A stretch of 64,000 nucleotides of DNA from Gemmatimonadota bacterium (GCA_039588215.1 JBDHAD010000039.1:4320-68319); one strand, 5' to 3'. Positions 29,276 to 38,599 are shown, counted from the stretch's first letter. Program-made: numbers and translations. The notes: a model not told the origin generated them from the letters alone.

Positions 29276-29851
29276 CTACTGGATCTTGGGCATTCGCTCC
29301 CACGCCCGCCCAGCGATTTTTTCGCCAATGCTGCGGGTGAGTTCGATAAACTCGTCGACTGCCTCCTCACCGATTTCGAGGTCCGGATCATGCGCCGCAG
29401 CGTTGCGCAAGTTCCGTAGCCGTCCCAGCGCCTGTGCCCCCCGTTCGCTGAGCAGCTCACCATGTCGCAGAGCTGTTAGTAGCTTCGGAAACGGTACAGC
29501 GCCGTCGGGTGGAATCAGGTCAAGAGTCCGAACTGACGAGATCGCACTTGTCTCCATGCCGATCCACGCCTCGATGATTGCTGTCCGAGGCGACGTCTCA
29601 CCGACTGCCCGGTAGTAATCAGCGGCCTCTTGGTCGGCCTGGAGCTTCTTGGCGTCAGTAGCGGGTTTGATTTGCTGACGCACGGCCGCCAACTCCTGGC
29701 CAAACTCGACCTCAAGACCTTTGTATCGGAGGCGGTTCAAGTTAGGTAGCAAGGCGCGGAGGGGTCGCCGGAATAGTACGAGAACCGTGACCAGAGCCGC
29801 TGGCCACGCTAACGAATCAACGAGTGCGGCGACGAAGTTTAGGATTTCCAC
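29276..29851 (-). CDS. TM-anchored HEPN-like protein
   Basis: N-terminal TM (LAWPAALVTVLVLF), SPRTAIIEAW, RNAAAH; GTG 29851 assumed. Confidence 0.65.
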   Translation of the reverse strand: MEILNFVAALVDSLAWPAALVTVLVLFRRPLRALLPNLNRLRYKGLEVEFGQELAAVRQQIKPATDAKKLQADQEAADYYRAVGETSPRTAIIEAWIGMETSAISSVRTLDLIPPDGAVPFPKLLTALRHGELLSERGAQALGRLRNLRNAAAHDPDLEIGEEAVDEFIELTRSIGEKIAGRAWERMPKIQ

Positions 29852-29924
29852 CGTTATCCAGAGGCTTGGGAGAACACCTATATCTTTAGATGCCACGAGT
29901 AGGCAGATTTTTACATCTTTTGCA

Positions 29925-30695
29925 CTATAACCTCTTCTTCCGCCGCACGATCCCTCCTTCCACCCGAGGCTCACGGGGCTCGCTTGCCGTGGCTTCTCGC
30001 CATTCTTCCAGCCACTTAGTGAGAGATGACGCGCGCCGTTCGTCTTGATCGTGGTCTGAGTCTCGGAGCTTCGGGAGTGGCGACCGAGGCCAGGTGGTCA
30101 GCGGCTCGCCCTTGTGGAGTACCGGGATCAAAACCTCCAGGGCGGCAATGGCCCTATCTAGGTAGAGGACGAGGTTCGCAACCGCATTCGATTGCAGAGG
30201 CAGGTGAAGACCCCACGCCCTTTGGGGAAGTAGGAGTAGCTGGACGAGATCATCGGCAATAGCAAGCCGTTGTTCCTCCCACCCTGGCGGATCTTCTTTC
30301 CAGAGAACGCGCGCTCCTGGTACCTGGAGCGTGTAGTCAATCCAGAGGTCTCGGAACCGACGTTTTAGCGAACGCGGAAGAGCTTCGAGCCACGGATAGC
30401 GAGCGCAGAGCGCCAACAGGTCTTGCTCCAGTGGGCGATGCTTCTCCAAGCCCTGCTCTTGTGCCGTCATCTCGCCTTCGCCAGCGACGAGCCACGCGAG
30501 GCGCACCCCCAGCTCATTGGCGGCGGCCTCTAGGAACTCCAGCCCCGGCATCGTGCCACCCTGCAAATAGCCGTGGACACTGGCGTAGCTTTTCGACCCC
30601 GGGACATCCCGCTCCTTCAAAGTGAGGTGCAACTTCCTGATGGTGTAACCCTGCTCGTCAAGCGCCCGCCTGAGTCTCTCCTGGATCGCACCCAC
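29925..30695 (-). CDS. XRE-like HTH repressor with C-terminal extension
   Basis: SVHGYLQGGTMPGLEFLEAAANELGVRLAWLVAGEGEM; divergent from the rep/int run. Confidence 0.7.
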   Translation of the reverse strand: MGAIQERLRRALDEQGYTIRKLHLTLKERDVPGSKSYASVHGYLQGGTMPGLEFLEAAANELGVRLAWLVAGEGEMTAQEQGLEKHRPLEQDLLALCARYPWLEALPRSLKRRFRDLWIDYTLQVPGARVLWKEDPPGWEEQRLAIADDLVQLLLLPQRAWGLHLPLQSNAVANLVLYLDRAIAALEVLIPVLHKGEPLTTWPRSPLPKLRDSDHDQDERRASSLTKWLEEWREATASEPREPRVEGGIVRRKKRL

Positions 30696-30730
30696 CTAAA
30701 CCTCTCCTTATCGGCATATCGGATTGCTAT

Positions 30731-30774
30731 ATAATATGGCGAGATATTGACCCTTGCAACGATTGCACTAGGCT
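30731..30774. promoter_or_regulatory. Overlapping divergent promoters with operator-like palindrome
   Basis: Leftward TTGCAA-17-TATTAT (30759 to 30731); rightward TTGACC-16-TAGGCT (30747-30774); TGCAAcgaTTGCA at 30755-30767. Confidence 0.55.
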
Positions 30775-30783
30775 AGTCTGACG

Positions 30784-31140
30784 ATGGGCAGACGCGACCC
30801 CAGGGGAATCGAAGGCGTGCGCGAAAAGCGGATTACGACCCGATTCACGGAGACCGAGCGAGATCGGGCTGAGCGTGCCGCGGCGGTGTGCGGGGTGGGC
30901 CTTTCCGTGTTCGTTCGCGATGCGATACGGGAGGCCGTCAAACGTGAAGACGCCAAGGCGAAGAGGATCGACGCTAACGAACTCGGGTGCGTGCGGGAGA
31001 TCGTGAACAGGGCTGTGGATGATGTGTTCAGCCAGCTGCTCGGTGACAGGGCAGCTCCCACAGCGGGAGCGAACACGGAGGACGAGCTGGAGCGGCTGGA
31101 CGAGGAGGAGATGCGGGAGCCAGACGACGAGGACGAATAG
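30784..31140 (+). CDS. Ribbon-helix-helix (DUF1778/MobC-like) DNA-binding protein
   Basis: RITTRFTETERDRAERAAAVCGVGLSVFVRDAI pattern. Confidence 0.6.
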   Translation: MGRRDPRGIEGVREKRITTRFTETERDRAERAAAVCGVGLSVFVRDAIREAVKREDAKAKRIDANELGCVREIVNRAVDDVFSQLLGDRAAPTAGANTEDELERLDEEEMREPDDEDE

Positions 31141-31200
31141 AGAGGCCCAGCCACCGGACCGCGGGACCGTCGGGGCCGAGCCTTCGGATCGCATGGAGCG

Positions 31201-32058
31201 ATGTTGAAGGGTAGCGTCGAAAAGGAACTAGGGCAGCAGCCGTGGGAGCGGGCCTGGGAGGCTGGATTCCTGCCTGTGCCCCGCTCCGTGCTTCTGCCGA
31301 CCTTCGTGCTCCACCCGCAGCGTACAGGGGACCTCCGCCAGTTCGGAGCATTCGTCGATCTCCTCGGGCTCGCCCGGTACGGGGACGGCGACGGGCTTCG
31401 TCGTGGCGAGGTCGCGATCGGGACAAGAAAGCTCGCCAAGCGGTGGGGGGTGCATCGCACGACGGTTGGCCGGTGGATCCGCAACTGGGAGGGACTCGGC
31501 GTCGTGACTCGCGAGCAGTCCGAGGACCCGGAAAAGCCGCAGCGGATCCGTGTCAAGTTCTACGAGACATACACGACCCTCCGTGCACCGGGGTCTCACC
31601 CCCGCGAACTCCCAGAGCGACATGGCTTCAACGAGGGTGCTCCTGAGCGTCGTGCTCCACCCCCCACACCGGGGTGCACCCCGGCGTGGTACGGGCCGGA
31701 AACGACCGAGTGGTGCACCTTTTCGCCGGGTCCCGATTGCGGGCATGCTCCACCCCCCGAGTTCGCCAGCGGAACCGTGCACCGGGGTCACCGCAATCTG
31801 CTGCACCACCCCGGGGCACCTGAAAACCAGCGATCGGACGGGCGCGACGCCGGGTTCGATCCTGATCCGCGCACCGGGGGATCAACTCGCCGATGCACCG
31901 AAGAGAAGAGAGACCATATCACGGGAAGGGTAGATACTGACTTAGATGGGAGTCCTCCTCCGGATCCTGACGAGGACTACGCGGCTTTTGAACGTTGGGC
32001 GATTCAGGACGTTGAGCGAGAGGAGACGGCCTGCTTCCGAGGAACTGGGACAGGCTGA
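31201..32058 (+). CDS. Putative replication initiator (HTH) containing iterons
   Basis: GTRKLAKRWGVHRTTVGRWIRNW HTH; central TGCACC/GCACCGGGG repeats. Confidence 0.6.
   Translation: MLKGSVEKELGQQPWERAWEAGFLPVPRSVLLPTFVLHPQRTGDLRQFGAFVDLLGLARYGDGDGLRRGEVAIGTRKLAKRWGVHRTTVGRWIRNWEGLGVVTREQSEDPEKPQRIRVKFYETYTTLRAPGSHPRELPERHGFNEGAPERRAPPPTPGCTPAWYGPETTEWCTFSPGPDCGHAPPPEFASGTVHRGHRNLLHHPGAPENQRSDGRDAGFDPDPRTGGSTRRCTEEKRDHITGRVDTDLDGSPPPDPDEDYAAFERWAIQDVEREETACFRGTGTG
31581..31900. repeat. Iteron-like cluster (putative origin)
   Basis: ccgtgcaccggggtc at 31581 and 31775; palindrome CCGGGGTGCACCCCGG at 31669-31684; further GCACC copies near 31713, 31802, 31871, 31894. Confidence 0.55.
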
Positions 32059-32411
32059 TGGCTGGGGACGCTTTCGCCGCCGAGGTCGCCCGAATCCGCG
32101 AGGAATCGGAAACGCTCCGGGCCTACGGTGCCGAGCATCGGGCGGCGGCAGTGCAGCGAACCGTGGAAAGGCTGGAGGCGGCGCACCATGACTTCCTGGC
32201 GGAGGAGTTAAGCGCGGTAGAGGCCGCTGCGGAGACTGGCTATCGCGAGGAACACCTACGCGACCTGGCGAGGCAGGGGCGGCTTGTGGCCTCGAAGCAC
32301 GAGGGCGAGTGGCGCTTCCGACGGTGCGATCTTCCGCGAAAGGCTGCCGACCGTCCGAATCTCCGGGTGGTGGACGAGATGGCTGGACGGCTGGCGGAGG
32401 CTCGGAGGTGA
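32058..32411 (+). CDS. Excisionase-like HTH protein
   Basis: LSAVEAAAETGYREEHLRDLARQGRLVASKHEGEWRF. Confidence 0.7.
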   Translation: MAGDAFAAEVARIREESETLRAYGAEHRAAAVQRTVERLEAAHHDFLAEELSAVEAAAETGYREEHLRDLARQGRLVASKHEGEWRFRRCDLPRKAADRPNLRVVDEMAGRLAEARR

Positions 32412-32449
32412 GCTTGACGGGAACCGTGTCCGCTTATCATTTGGTAAGC

Positions 32450-32704
32450 ATGAATAGAGAGCAACTCTCGAACGCGGTTGCCGAGGCCGTCAGGCGGACC
32501 CCGAGCAGCATCCGAAGACTCGCCCGCGAGGTTGGTGTGTCGCACGTCATGCTGCTCCAGGTCCGAGACGGTGAACGCCCGGCTCCGCCTGCTCTGGCTG
32601 AACGGATCGCCACGATCATGGAGGGCTGGGGTGAGGAACTGGCGGATCTCGCCCACGGGATCCGGGAGGCGCTCGATGCGGAGCCCCCATCCGAGGAGGA
32701 CTGA
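32450..32704 (+). CDS. Small Cro/XRE-like HTH protein coupled to the integrase
   Basis: SIRRLAREVGVSHVMLLQVRDGER; TGATG overlap with int. Confidence 0.65.
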   Translation: MNREQLSNAVAEAVRRTPSSIRRLAREVGVSHVMLLQVRDGERPAPPALAERIATIMEGWGEELADLAHGIREALDAEPPSEED

Positions 32705-33948
32705 TGGCGCGGAAACGATGGAAGTGGGGCGTCGGACCACGAGGAGCCAGGGTGCGGGTGGCGGAGCGAAACTGGGGCGGCTCGGTCTATCTGTACGCTT
32801 GGAACCCGGAAAGCGGTGGCCCCGACATGCGCTCGCTCGGGTTCCGTGTCCGTGATGCGGACGGGCGGCTAATCTCGGAGGCCGTCGTGGAAGCGAAGCG
32901 GCAGGCATCGAACCTCTCGAACCTTCTAATCCGCAAGGAGCGTCCGACGCGCATTGTGACCGTCGCGGACCTGTTCCGCCTGTTCCAGCGGGATGAGGTA
33001 GCAGCGTTACACGGGAAACACGGTGACGAGACCGAGCGCGCGTTGGAGGCGTGGAAGCGATTTCTGGGGTCTCGGACACCCGTTGAGCGAGTAGGGGTGC
33101 GCGAGTGGAAGGCGTACAGTCGCGATCGCGCAAGCGGCGAGATGGACGCACGCGGCGGCCGGGTTTCTAACCCTGAAAAGCGTCGCCCGGTCGGACCCCG
33201 GACAGTTGCGAAGGATCTCAAAGTGCTCAGGCAAGCGTGCATCTTCGGCACGCGCTACCGGACCCGTGACGGGGGCTTCCTCCTTCGGGTGGACCCAACG
33301 CGGGGCCTCCCCCTCCCGTCTGAGAAGAACCCGGCCCGACCCGTAGCCGACGATGCGACCCTGACCGCGCTCATGGAGAAGGCCGCCAACGTGACAATGC
33401 GGCACGGTTCGGACGAGGTGCGGACGCCGCTGCGCGAGTTGCTTATCCTCGCCGCCTATACCGGCCGCCGGATCGGGAGCATCCTCGCTCTGCGCTGGTC
33501 GGATTGGCGACCCGACGAAGGAACTCACGGTGCGATGCGCTGGCGGGCCGACGCGGACAAACTTGGTCGCGAATGGTGGACCCCGGTGCATCCCGCTGTC
33601 CGCGGGACGCTGGAAGCCTGGCGGGCGGCGAGCCCAGGGCTTGGCGAGACCTGGGTCTTTCCAGCCCCTGAGAGCCATGGGCCAATCCGCGTGGACGTGG
33701 CTCGGCGGTGGCTCCTCCACGCAGAGAAGAAAGCTCGGATTCCGCATCGCCAGGGGTTCGGGTTCCACGCGTTTCGGCGCATGTGGGCCACGAAGCGAAA
33801 GCACTTGAGCCCGACGGACGTAGCGCACGTGGGTGGCTGGAAAGACACCGCCACCCTCCAGCGGGTCTACCAGCAGCCCGACCCCGACACGATGGAGGAC
33901 GTCGTACTCGGTGACCGGGAGCTTCGCTTCGGGGGCGGCGGCCGGTGA
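32704..33948 (+). CDS. int: Tyrosine recombinase / integrase
   Basis: YTGRR (R), HAFRR (HxxR), GGW, RVY (Tyr); ends ~110 bp from att. Confidence 0.9.
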   Translation: MARKRWKWGVGPRGARVRVAERNWGGSVYLYAWNPESGGPDMRSLGFRVRDADGRLISEAVVEAKRQASNLSNLLIRKERPTRIVTVADLFRLFQRDEVAALHGKHGDETERALEAWKRFLGSRTPVERVGVREWKAYSRDRASGEMDARGGRVSNPEKRRPVGPRTVAKDLKVLRQACIFGTRYRTRDGGFLLRVDPTRGLPLPSEKNPARPVADDATLTALMEKAANVTMRHGSDEVRTPLRELLILAAYTGRRIGSILALRWSDWRPDEGTHGAMRWRADADKLGREWWTPVHPAVRGTLEAWRAASPGLGETWVFPAPESHGPIRVDVARRWLLHAEKKARIPHRQGFGFHAFRRMWATKRKHLSPTDVAHVGGWKDTATLQRVYQQPDPDTMEDVVLGDRELRFGGGGR

Positions 33949-33964
33949 TTCTTGTGGGCCGATT

Positions 33965-33986
33965 CGGATGCAAAAACAGATGCAGG
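33965..33986 (+). promoter_or_regulatory. Putative integrase arm-type site
   Basis: cggatgcaaaaacagatgcagg; related copies at 18751 and 19781. Confidence 0.6.
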
Positions 33987-34057
33987 CGTCGAAACCGAAG
34001 GGATGACGAAGCGGTGAGTGGGCCTGTAAGTGCGTCTGCAATAGCGGTCTACCGAAA

Positions 34058-34131
34058 CGCGCCCGGGAGGACTCGAACCCCCAGCCTTCGGATCCGAAGT
34101 CCGACGCTCTATCCAGTTGAGCTACGGGCGC
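34058..34131 (-). tRNA. tRNA-Arg(TCG), CCA not encoded
   Basis: GCGCCCG acceptor, TAGCTCAACTGGATAGAGC D-arm, TCGGA-CTTCGGA-TCCGA anticodon arm, GGTTCGAGTCC T-arm; 74 nt. Confidence 0.95.
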
Positions 34132-34302
34132 AGGAGGGCATCGCACGGTAGACCACCCACTGACACTTCGCACCCTCGATCCGGAAGTCCGGACTTACGG
34201 GTCGCAAGACCCGAGAGCCCATTAGCCAGCCAGAGACGGTGCTCGAGGAGGGTGAGCGGGCTCGCCCGGGCGAACGACTCTGTGTGGTGAGGATGGAGCG
34301 GT

Positions 34303-34827
34303 ATGAACGCCGAGCGGGACGACGGGGTGAGTGGGCGAAAACGGCGTGTGTCGGGCCTGATCGTGAGTCATGGCCGACTCCGTAAGCCCAACGGGTTTAC
34401 CCTCTTGGAACTCGTTTCGGTACTGGTGATCATTGCCATCGGCACCACGATGGCACTCAAGACCTCCAAACGAGCCTCCGACTCCGCTCAGATCAAGCAG
34501 GCGATCGCAGAAATCCTTCAGCTCCAGACTCGCGTCGACGAGTTCGCCATGACGTGGGATCGCCTCCCGAACTCTCTCGGCGAGCTCGGTGGGGGCGTTC
34601 CGCAAGATCCGTGGGGAAACGCCTACGAGTACTTCCCGTTTCTGGATGGGGCCAACATGTCCATGGCACGGAGAGACCGCTTCTTGGTGCCGATCAACAC
34701 GCTCTACGACCTATACAGCAGAGGACGAGACGGCCTCACCACCAACAACCTCGTCTCACCCGAAGCCCAGGATGACGTGGTCCGCGCGAACGACGGCGCC
34801 TATATAGGGCTCGCCGCCGGTTACTGA
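34303..34827 (+). CDS. Prepilin-type GspG-like protein
   Basis: G-FTLLE cleavage motif; QDPWGNAYEY; YDLYSRGRDG; start may be 34363. Confidence 0.85.
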   Translation: MNAERDDGVSGRKRRVSGLIVSHGRLRKPNGFTLLELVSVLVIIAIGTTMALKTSKRASDSAQIKQAIAEILQLQTRVDEFAMTWDRLPNSLGELGGGVPQDPWGNAYEYFPFLDGANMSMARRDRFLVPINTLYDLYSRGRDGLTTNNLVSPEAQDDVVRANDGAYIGLAAGY

Positions 34828-34838
34828 TCGAGGCGAGC

Positions 34839-36968
34839 GTGCGGATAGAGGGAGCGTTCCTCCGATCTCGCCTTGGCCGACGGATTTTCGGCCTGTTCGT
34901 CCTTTGCGCGCTGATTCCGACCGGCTCGGCGCTCACATTCATGTACGTACAGGCCGATCGGCGGCTCGACGACGAGCGCCGGGAGCGCGTCCGCGAGCAG
35001 AGCAAGCTGGGCGCGGAGCAGGTGCTGCAGCGGATTCGGATCATCGAGCGAGAATTCGCGCGCACGGTGGGGCGGATCGAAATCACCGACCCTGAGGATT
35101 GGCGCGCGGTAGCCGATTCGGCCACCGCGCAGCTGATCGGCCTGGCCGCAGAGGCCGGCCTCGGGGACGTCGTCACGATCTTCGGCGATCCGCCCGACCC
35201 CCCGCCCCTCACGGAGTTCGTTCGTGAACGACTGGCCGATGGGCACAGCGTGTTGGCGACCGTCCCCGAGGCGATCGGCCAGGCGCGCGTGATTCTCGTT
35301 CACCAGGCCCAGCTCGACGACGGGCCGATTCTCATGTGGGGGGAGCTGAGCAGGGAGCGGCTCGCCGCCGAGACGGCCTCGTTCTCGGCGGCTATCGACC
35401 TGTGCATGCTGGATCACCGCAAGGTCCCCATCTTCTGCGACATCGATCTGCCCGTGGATCTCCTGCCCAACGTCGACGAGCGTCGAACCAGCGCGCAGGA
35501 TGCCTATCTGGAATGGCGGGACGGGGAGATCGCCCGGATAGGCGCATACGCGCTGGTGTTCGTGTCATACGACTACGCTGCACCGCCCTGGATGCTGGTG
35601 GCGGGGGAACGTACGAGGTCGGTGCTTTCGGAGCTGTCCGAGTTCCGAATCACGCTCGTCACGGCCGGAACCATGGGGCTCGTGCTCACCGTCCTCCTGG
35701 GAAGCGTCCAGATCCGCCGCAGCCTCGAACCCCTCCGGCGGCTCGGTGAAGGCACCCGGCGTGTGGCCGACGGGAATTTCGCGGCGCGGGTCGACATCAC
35801 CTCGGGCGACGAGTTCACCGACCTGGCGGACTCGTTCAATGAGATGACGCACAAGCTGGATCGGCAGTTCCGGATGCTGCACGCGCTGCGGACGATCGAC
35901 CAGGCCGTGCTGGAGTCCCCGAGCTTCGACGAGATCGCATCCACGTCTCTCGTTCAGGCGACGCAACTGACCGGTTGCCTCGTCGGTTGCTTGATCGTCA
36001 AGGAAGACCCCACGGGCTCGGACCGCGCACTGGGCTTCGTCCACCTGGCCGAGCAAGAGTCGCCTCGCCGGATCTCCGATCTACAGCTAGGGGACCGGGA
36101 TGACGAGATCCTGCAGGCTCACGGGCTCGCACTGGTCACCTCCGAGGAGTCGCTGCCTTGCCTGGGCTTCGAAGAGATCGCCGGCCGCTCGGAAGATTTC
36201 CTCGTCGTCGGGATCCGCCAGCACGACCACCTGCACGGCCTGCTCGCCCTCGGCTTCTCTCCCGAAGCGGCGCAAGTGGAGGCGGTCCTGAGTGAAGCGT
36301 GCCAGATCGCGAGCCAGCTTGCAGTGGCACTCTCGAATGTGCGCCTCGTGCGCGATCTGGACCGCCTGAGCGTCGGGGCGCTCCAGGCGCTGGCACGAAC
36401 CGTCGACGCCAAGTCCGCCTGGACGGCCGGGCACTCCGAGCGGGTGACTCGTCTCGCTCAGGCTCTTGCCTCAGAGCTGGAGCTGTCCGCCGTGGATCAG
36501 GATTGCCTGTACCGCGGGGGACTCCTGCACGATATCGGCAAGCTGGGGGTCCGCGAGGAGACCTTGGACTGGCCCGGAAAGCTCAACGACGAGCAGTGGG
36601 AGGAGATCAAGAGACATCCCGAAATCGGTGTCGAGATTCTCGAGCCCATCCCCGCGTTTCACGACATCCTCCCGATCGTCCGGTACCACCACGAGCGGTG
36701 GGACGGGGCCGGATATCCGACGGGGCTCGCCGGCGAAGACATCCCCCTGCTGGCCCGTGTCGTCGCGGTGGCCGACGTATACGACGCCCTCACCTCGGAT
36801 CGACCGTACCGCGCCGGGATGCCCCGAGAGAAGGCGATTCAGATCATCGAGGAGGGGTCGGGCACTCAGTTCGACGCCACGATCGTTCCGGTGCTGCGGC
36901 GGGCTCTGGGACGGCTGGAGAAGGTGGAAGACGCTGGTCCTGTGCGCCTGATCGCGGTTGGCGAGTGA
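34839..36968 (+). CDS. Membrane HAMP-GAF-HD-GYP phosphodiesterase
   Basis: Two TMs, HAMP (DEFTDLADSFNEM), GHSERV, LLHDIGK, HHERWDGAGYP. Confidence 0.9.
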   Translation: MRIEGAFLRSRLGRRIFGLFVLCALIPTGSALTFMYVQADRRLDDERRERVREQSKLGAEQVLQRIRIIEREFARTVGRIEITDPEDWRAVADSATAQLIGLAAEAGLGDVVTIFGDPPDPPPLTEFVRERLADGHSVLATVPEAIGQARVILVHQAQLDDGPILMWGELSRERLAAETASFSAAIDLCMLDHRKVPIFCDIDLPVDLLPNVDERRTSAQDAYLEWRDGEIARIGAYALVFVSYDYAAPPWMLVAGERTRSVLSELSEFRITLVTAGTMGLVLTVLLGSVQIRRSLEPLRRLGEGTRRVADGNFAARVDITSGDEFTDLADSFNEMTHKLDRQFRMLHALRTIDQAVLESPSFDEIASTSLVQATQLTGCLVGCLIVKEDPTGSDRALGFVHLAEQESPRRISDLQLGDRDDEILQAHGLALVTSEESLPCLGFEEIAGRSEDFLVVGIRQHDHLHGLLALGFSPEAAQVEAVLSEACQIASQLAVALSNVRLVRDLDRLSVGALQALARTVDAKSAWTAGHSERVTRLAQALASELELSAVDQDCLYRGGLLHDIGKLGVREETLDWPGKLNDEQWEEIKRHPEIGVEILEPIPAFHDILPIVRYHHERWDGAGYPTGLAGEDIPLLARVVAVADVYDALTSDRPYRAGMPREKAIQIIEEGSGTQFDATIVPVLRRALGRLEKVEDAGPVRLIAVGE

Positions 36969-36984
36969 AGACACGGAGACGACC

Positions 36985-37440
36985 ATGACGCAACGATTGA
37001 ATCGCAACCCAAAGCAGCCGCGAGCTGCGCCGCCATCGACGAGACGGAGGTCAACGACCCGGGGCGCGCTCGCAGCCGGCGCGTCGCTACTCGCGCTGGG
37101 GGCGCTGCTGCTGCTGCGAGGTCCCGGATCGGACGAGCTTCCACCGGAATTGTTCGGTCGCTGGACGACGACCAATCCGCGCTACGAGGGACGTGCGTTC
37201 ACCCTCAGCGAATCGACCGTGGAGATCCACACGAGCCCCTCGCGATCGACGGTGCATCAGGTACGCGGGGTGGAGAAGGACGACAGCGAGGGCCTGGTCT
37301 ATACGCTCCGCTACGAAGAAGACGGCGCCCTGGTGCCATTTGCGATCGCCTACGGAGCCCGGGCGCCCAGCGGCGCGCCTCAGTGGGTCCATTTCCCCCA
37401 TCAGCCGGAGATCGAATGGCGCAAAGCGAACGATCGCTGA
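36985..37440 (+). CDS. Hypothetical single-TM protein
   Basis: GGAG RBS; TM followed by a beta-rich domain. Confidence 0.65.
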   Translation: MTQRLNRNPKQPRAAPPSTRRRSTTRGALAAGASLLALGALLLLRGPGSDELPPELFGRWTTTNPRYEGRAFTLSESTVEIHTSPSRSTVHQVRGVEKDDSEGLVYTLRYEEDGALVPFAIAYGARAPSGAPQWVHFPHQPEIEWRKANDR

Positions 37441-37718
37441 CCGAGCGGGCGCGCTGGAAAATTGCAGAGCACGAGAATGTCGTGCATTTACCCGCACAGG
37501 GCCTGACGGATGCGGACCACAAACATTTGTCACGGTGCCCCTCGCGGGCCTGTAAACAGCTGTGTTGAAAGGGATTACATACCGTGCGCCACTCACCGTG
37601 CCACGAGTCTTCACCGTGCTCCAAGACGGGGTGCGTCGGTCGGCGTCGGAGTCACCGCCCCCTGGGGTGGTCGCGTCGGCCGCGGGGCTAGGAGAGGAGT
37701 CGAGCTGAGGACTGTGCG

Positions 37719-38219
37719 ATGCGGAACGATCAACTGAACAAGGCCAGCGGGTTCACGCTCCATGAGCTGATGATCGCGATCGCATTGATCGTGTCTGCGA
37801 TGGCGATCGTCGGTCCGCCGACCGTACGGACCATGCATCGATCGACCCTCCGCGCAGCGGCGGATGAGGTCCTGTCGATGCACGCGACCGCGCGAAGCCT
37901 CGCCATGCAGACGGGTCGGATCGCGATGTTGGAGTTCCTGCCACCCCAGGGGCAGCTTTCCAACACCATCTCCTTGAAAGCAGACACGTCGGGCACCGGA
38001 CTGGCCGAGTTACGGCGCTCAGCCCTCACACGGGCGGACTTCGTCACGGACCGGGCCATCCTGTGCTTCGATGCGCGCGGCCTCCCGACGACCAAGATGA
38101 TCCGCACGGGCAACCAGTCCTCCATGCAATGCGAGGCGCCCGACGCCACGATCATCGTGCGCAGCGGCGCGCTGGCGGACACCGTGCGCTATTCGCCGCT
38201 AGGGGACCTGATCCCATGA
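37719..38219 (+). CDS. Minor pilin, FimT/GspH-like
   Basis: G-FTLHE prepilin motif; ARSLAM; CFDARG. Confidence 0.75.
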   Translation: MRNDQLNKASGFTLHELMIAIALIVSAMAIVGPPTVRTMHRSTLRAAADEVLSMHATARSLAMQTGRIAMLEFLPPQGQLSNTISLKADTSGTGLAELRRSALTRADFVTDRAILCFDARGLPTTKMIRTGNQSSMQCEAPDATIIVRSGALADTVRYSPLGDLIP

Positions 38220-38599
38220 GCCGACATCCGCTCCGGTCACGGACCCGGGTGGGCGATCAGCGGGGGGCCTCGGCGCTCGAGGTCATGCTCGCCATCGTTC
38301 TCCTTTCCACCGCGATCCTCGGCGCGGCAGCCGCGCAGGCCGGCAGCTGGCGAGTCCTGGCTGGCGGTCGCCGGGACGCCGGCGCCTGGGCGGCTCTCCA
38401 CTATCAGGTCGAGGAGCTGATATCGGGCGGATACGACCGGGCGGTGTCGGGCTCGCGGGTCCTGAACGGCTATCCGATCCAGTGGGACGTCGCCGGCACA
38501 GACCCCAAGGTGGTCATGATCGTTGCGCGCTATCCGAACGGCTGGACGCTCGGGGCCGATACGGTGCGGGTCGTGCTCAGACCCCCTGCAGCCCCGTGA
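38216..38599 (+). CDS. Minor pilin, PilV-like
   Basis: G-ASALEVMLAIVLL; ATGA overlap with previous gene. Confidence 0.7.
   Translation: MSRHPLRSRTRVGDQRGASALEVMLAIVLLSTAILGAAAAQAGSWRVLAGGRRDAGAWAALHYQVEELISGGYDRAVSGSRVLNGYPIQWDVAGTDPKVVMIVARYPNGWTLGADTVRVVLRPPAAP

Larger units (their letters stand above)
18624..34101. mobile_element. tRNA-Arg-integrated phage-related element (satellite-like or defective prophage), ~15.5 kb
   Basis: 43-bp terminal direct repeats, integrase next to the tRNA, xis/rep/repressor module, terminase, cargo. Confidence 0.9.

Noticed and set aside
32704-33948. Integrase as integron integrase IntI
   Set aside because: No IntI-like motifs seen; it sits beside a tRNA att in a phage-like xis/rep context.
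34190-34235. c-di-GMP-I riboswitch-like hairpin (CGGGTC-GCAA-GACCCG) upstream of the pilin gene
   Set aside because: Only a GNRA hairpin; the conserved GGCAAA/GACGCAAA architecture is absent.
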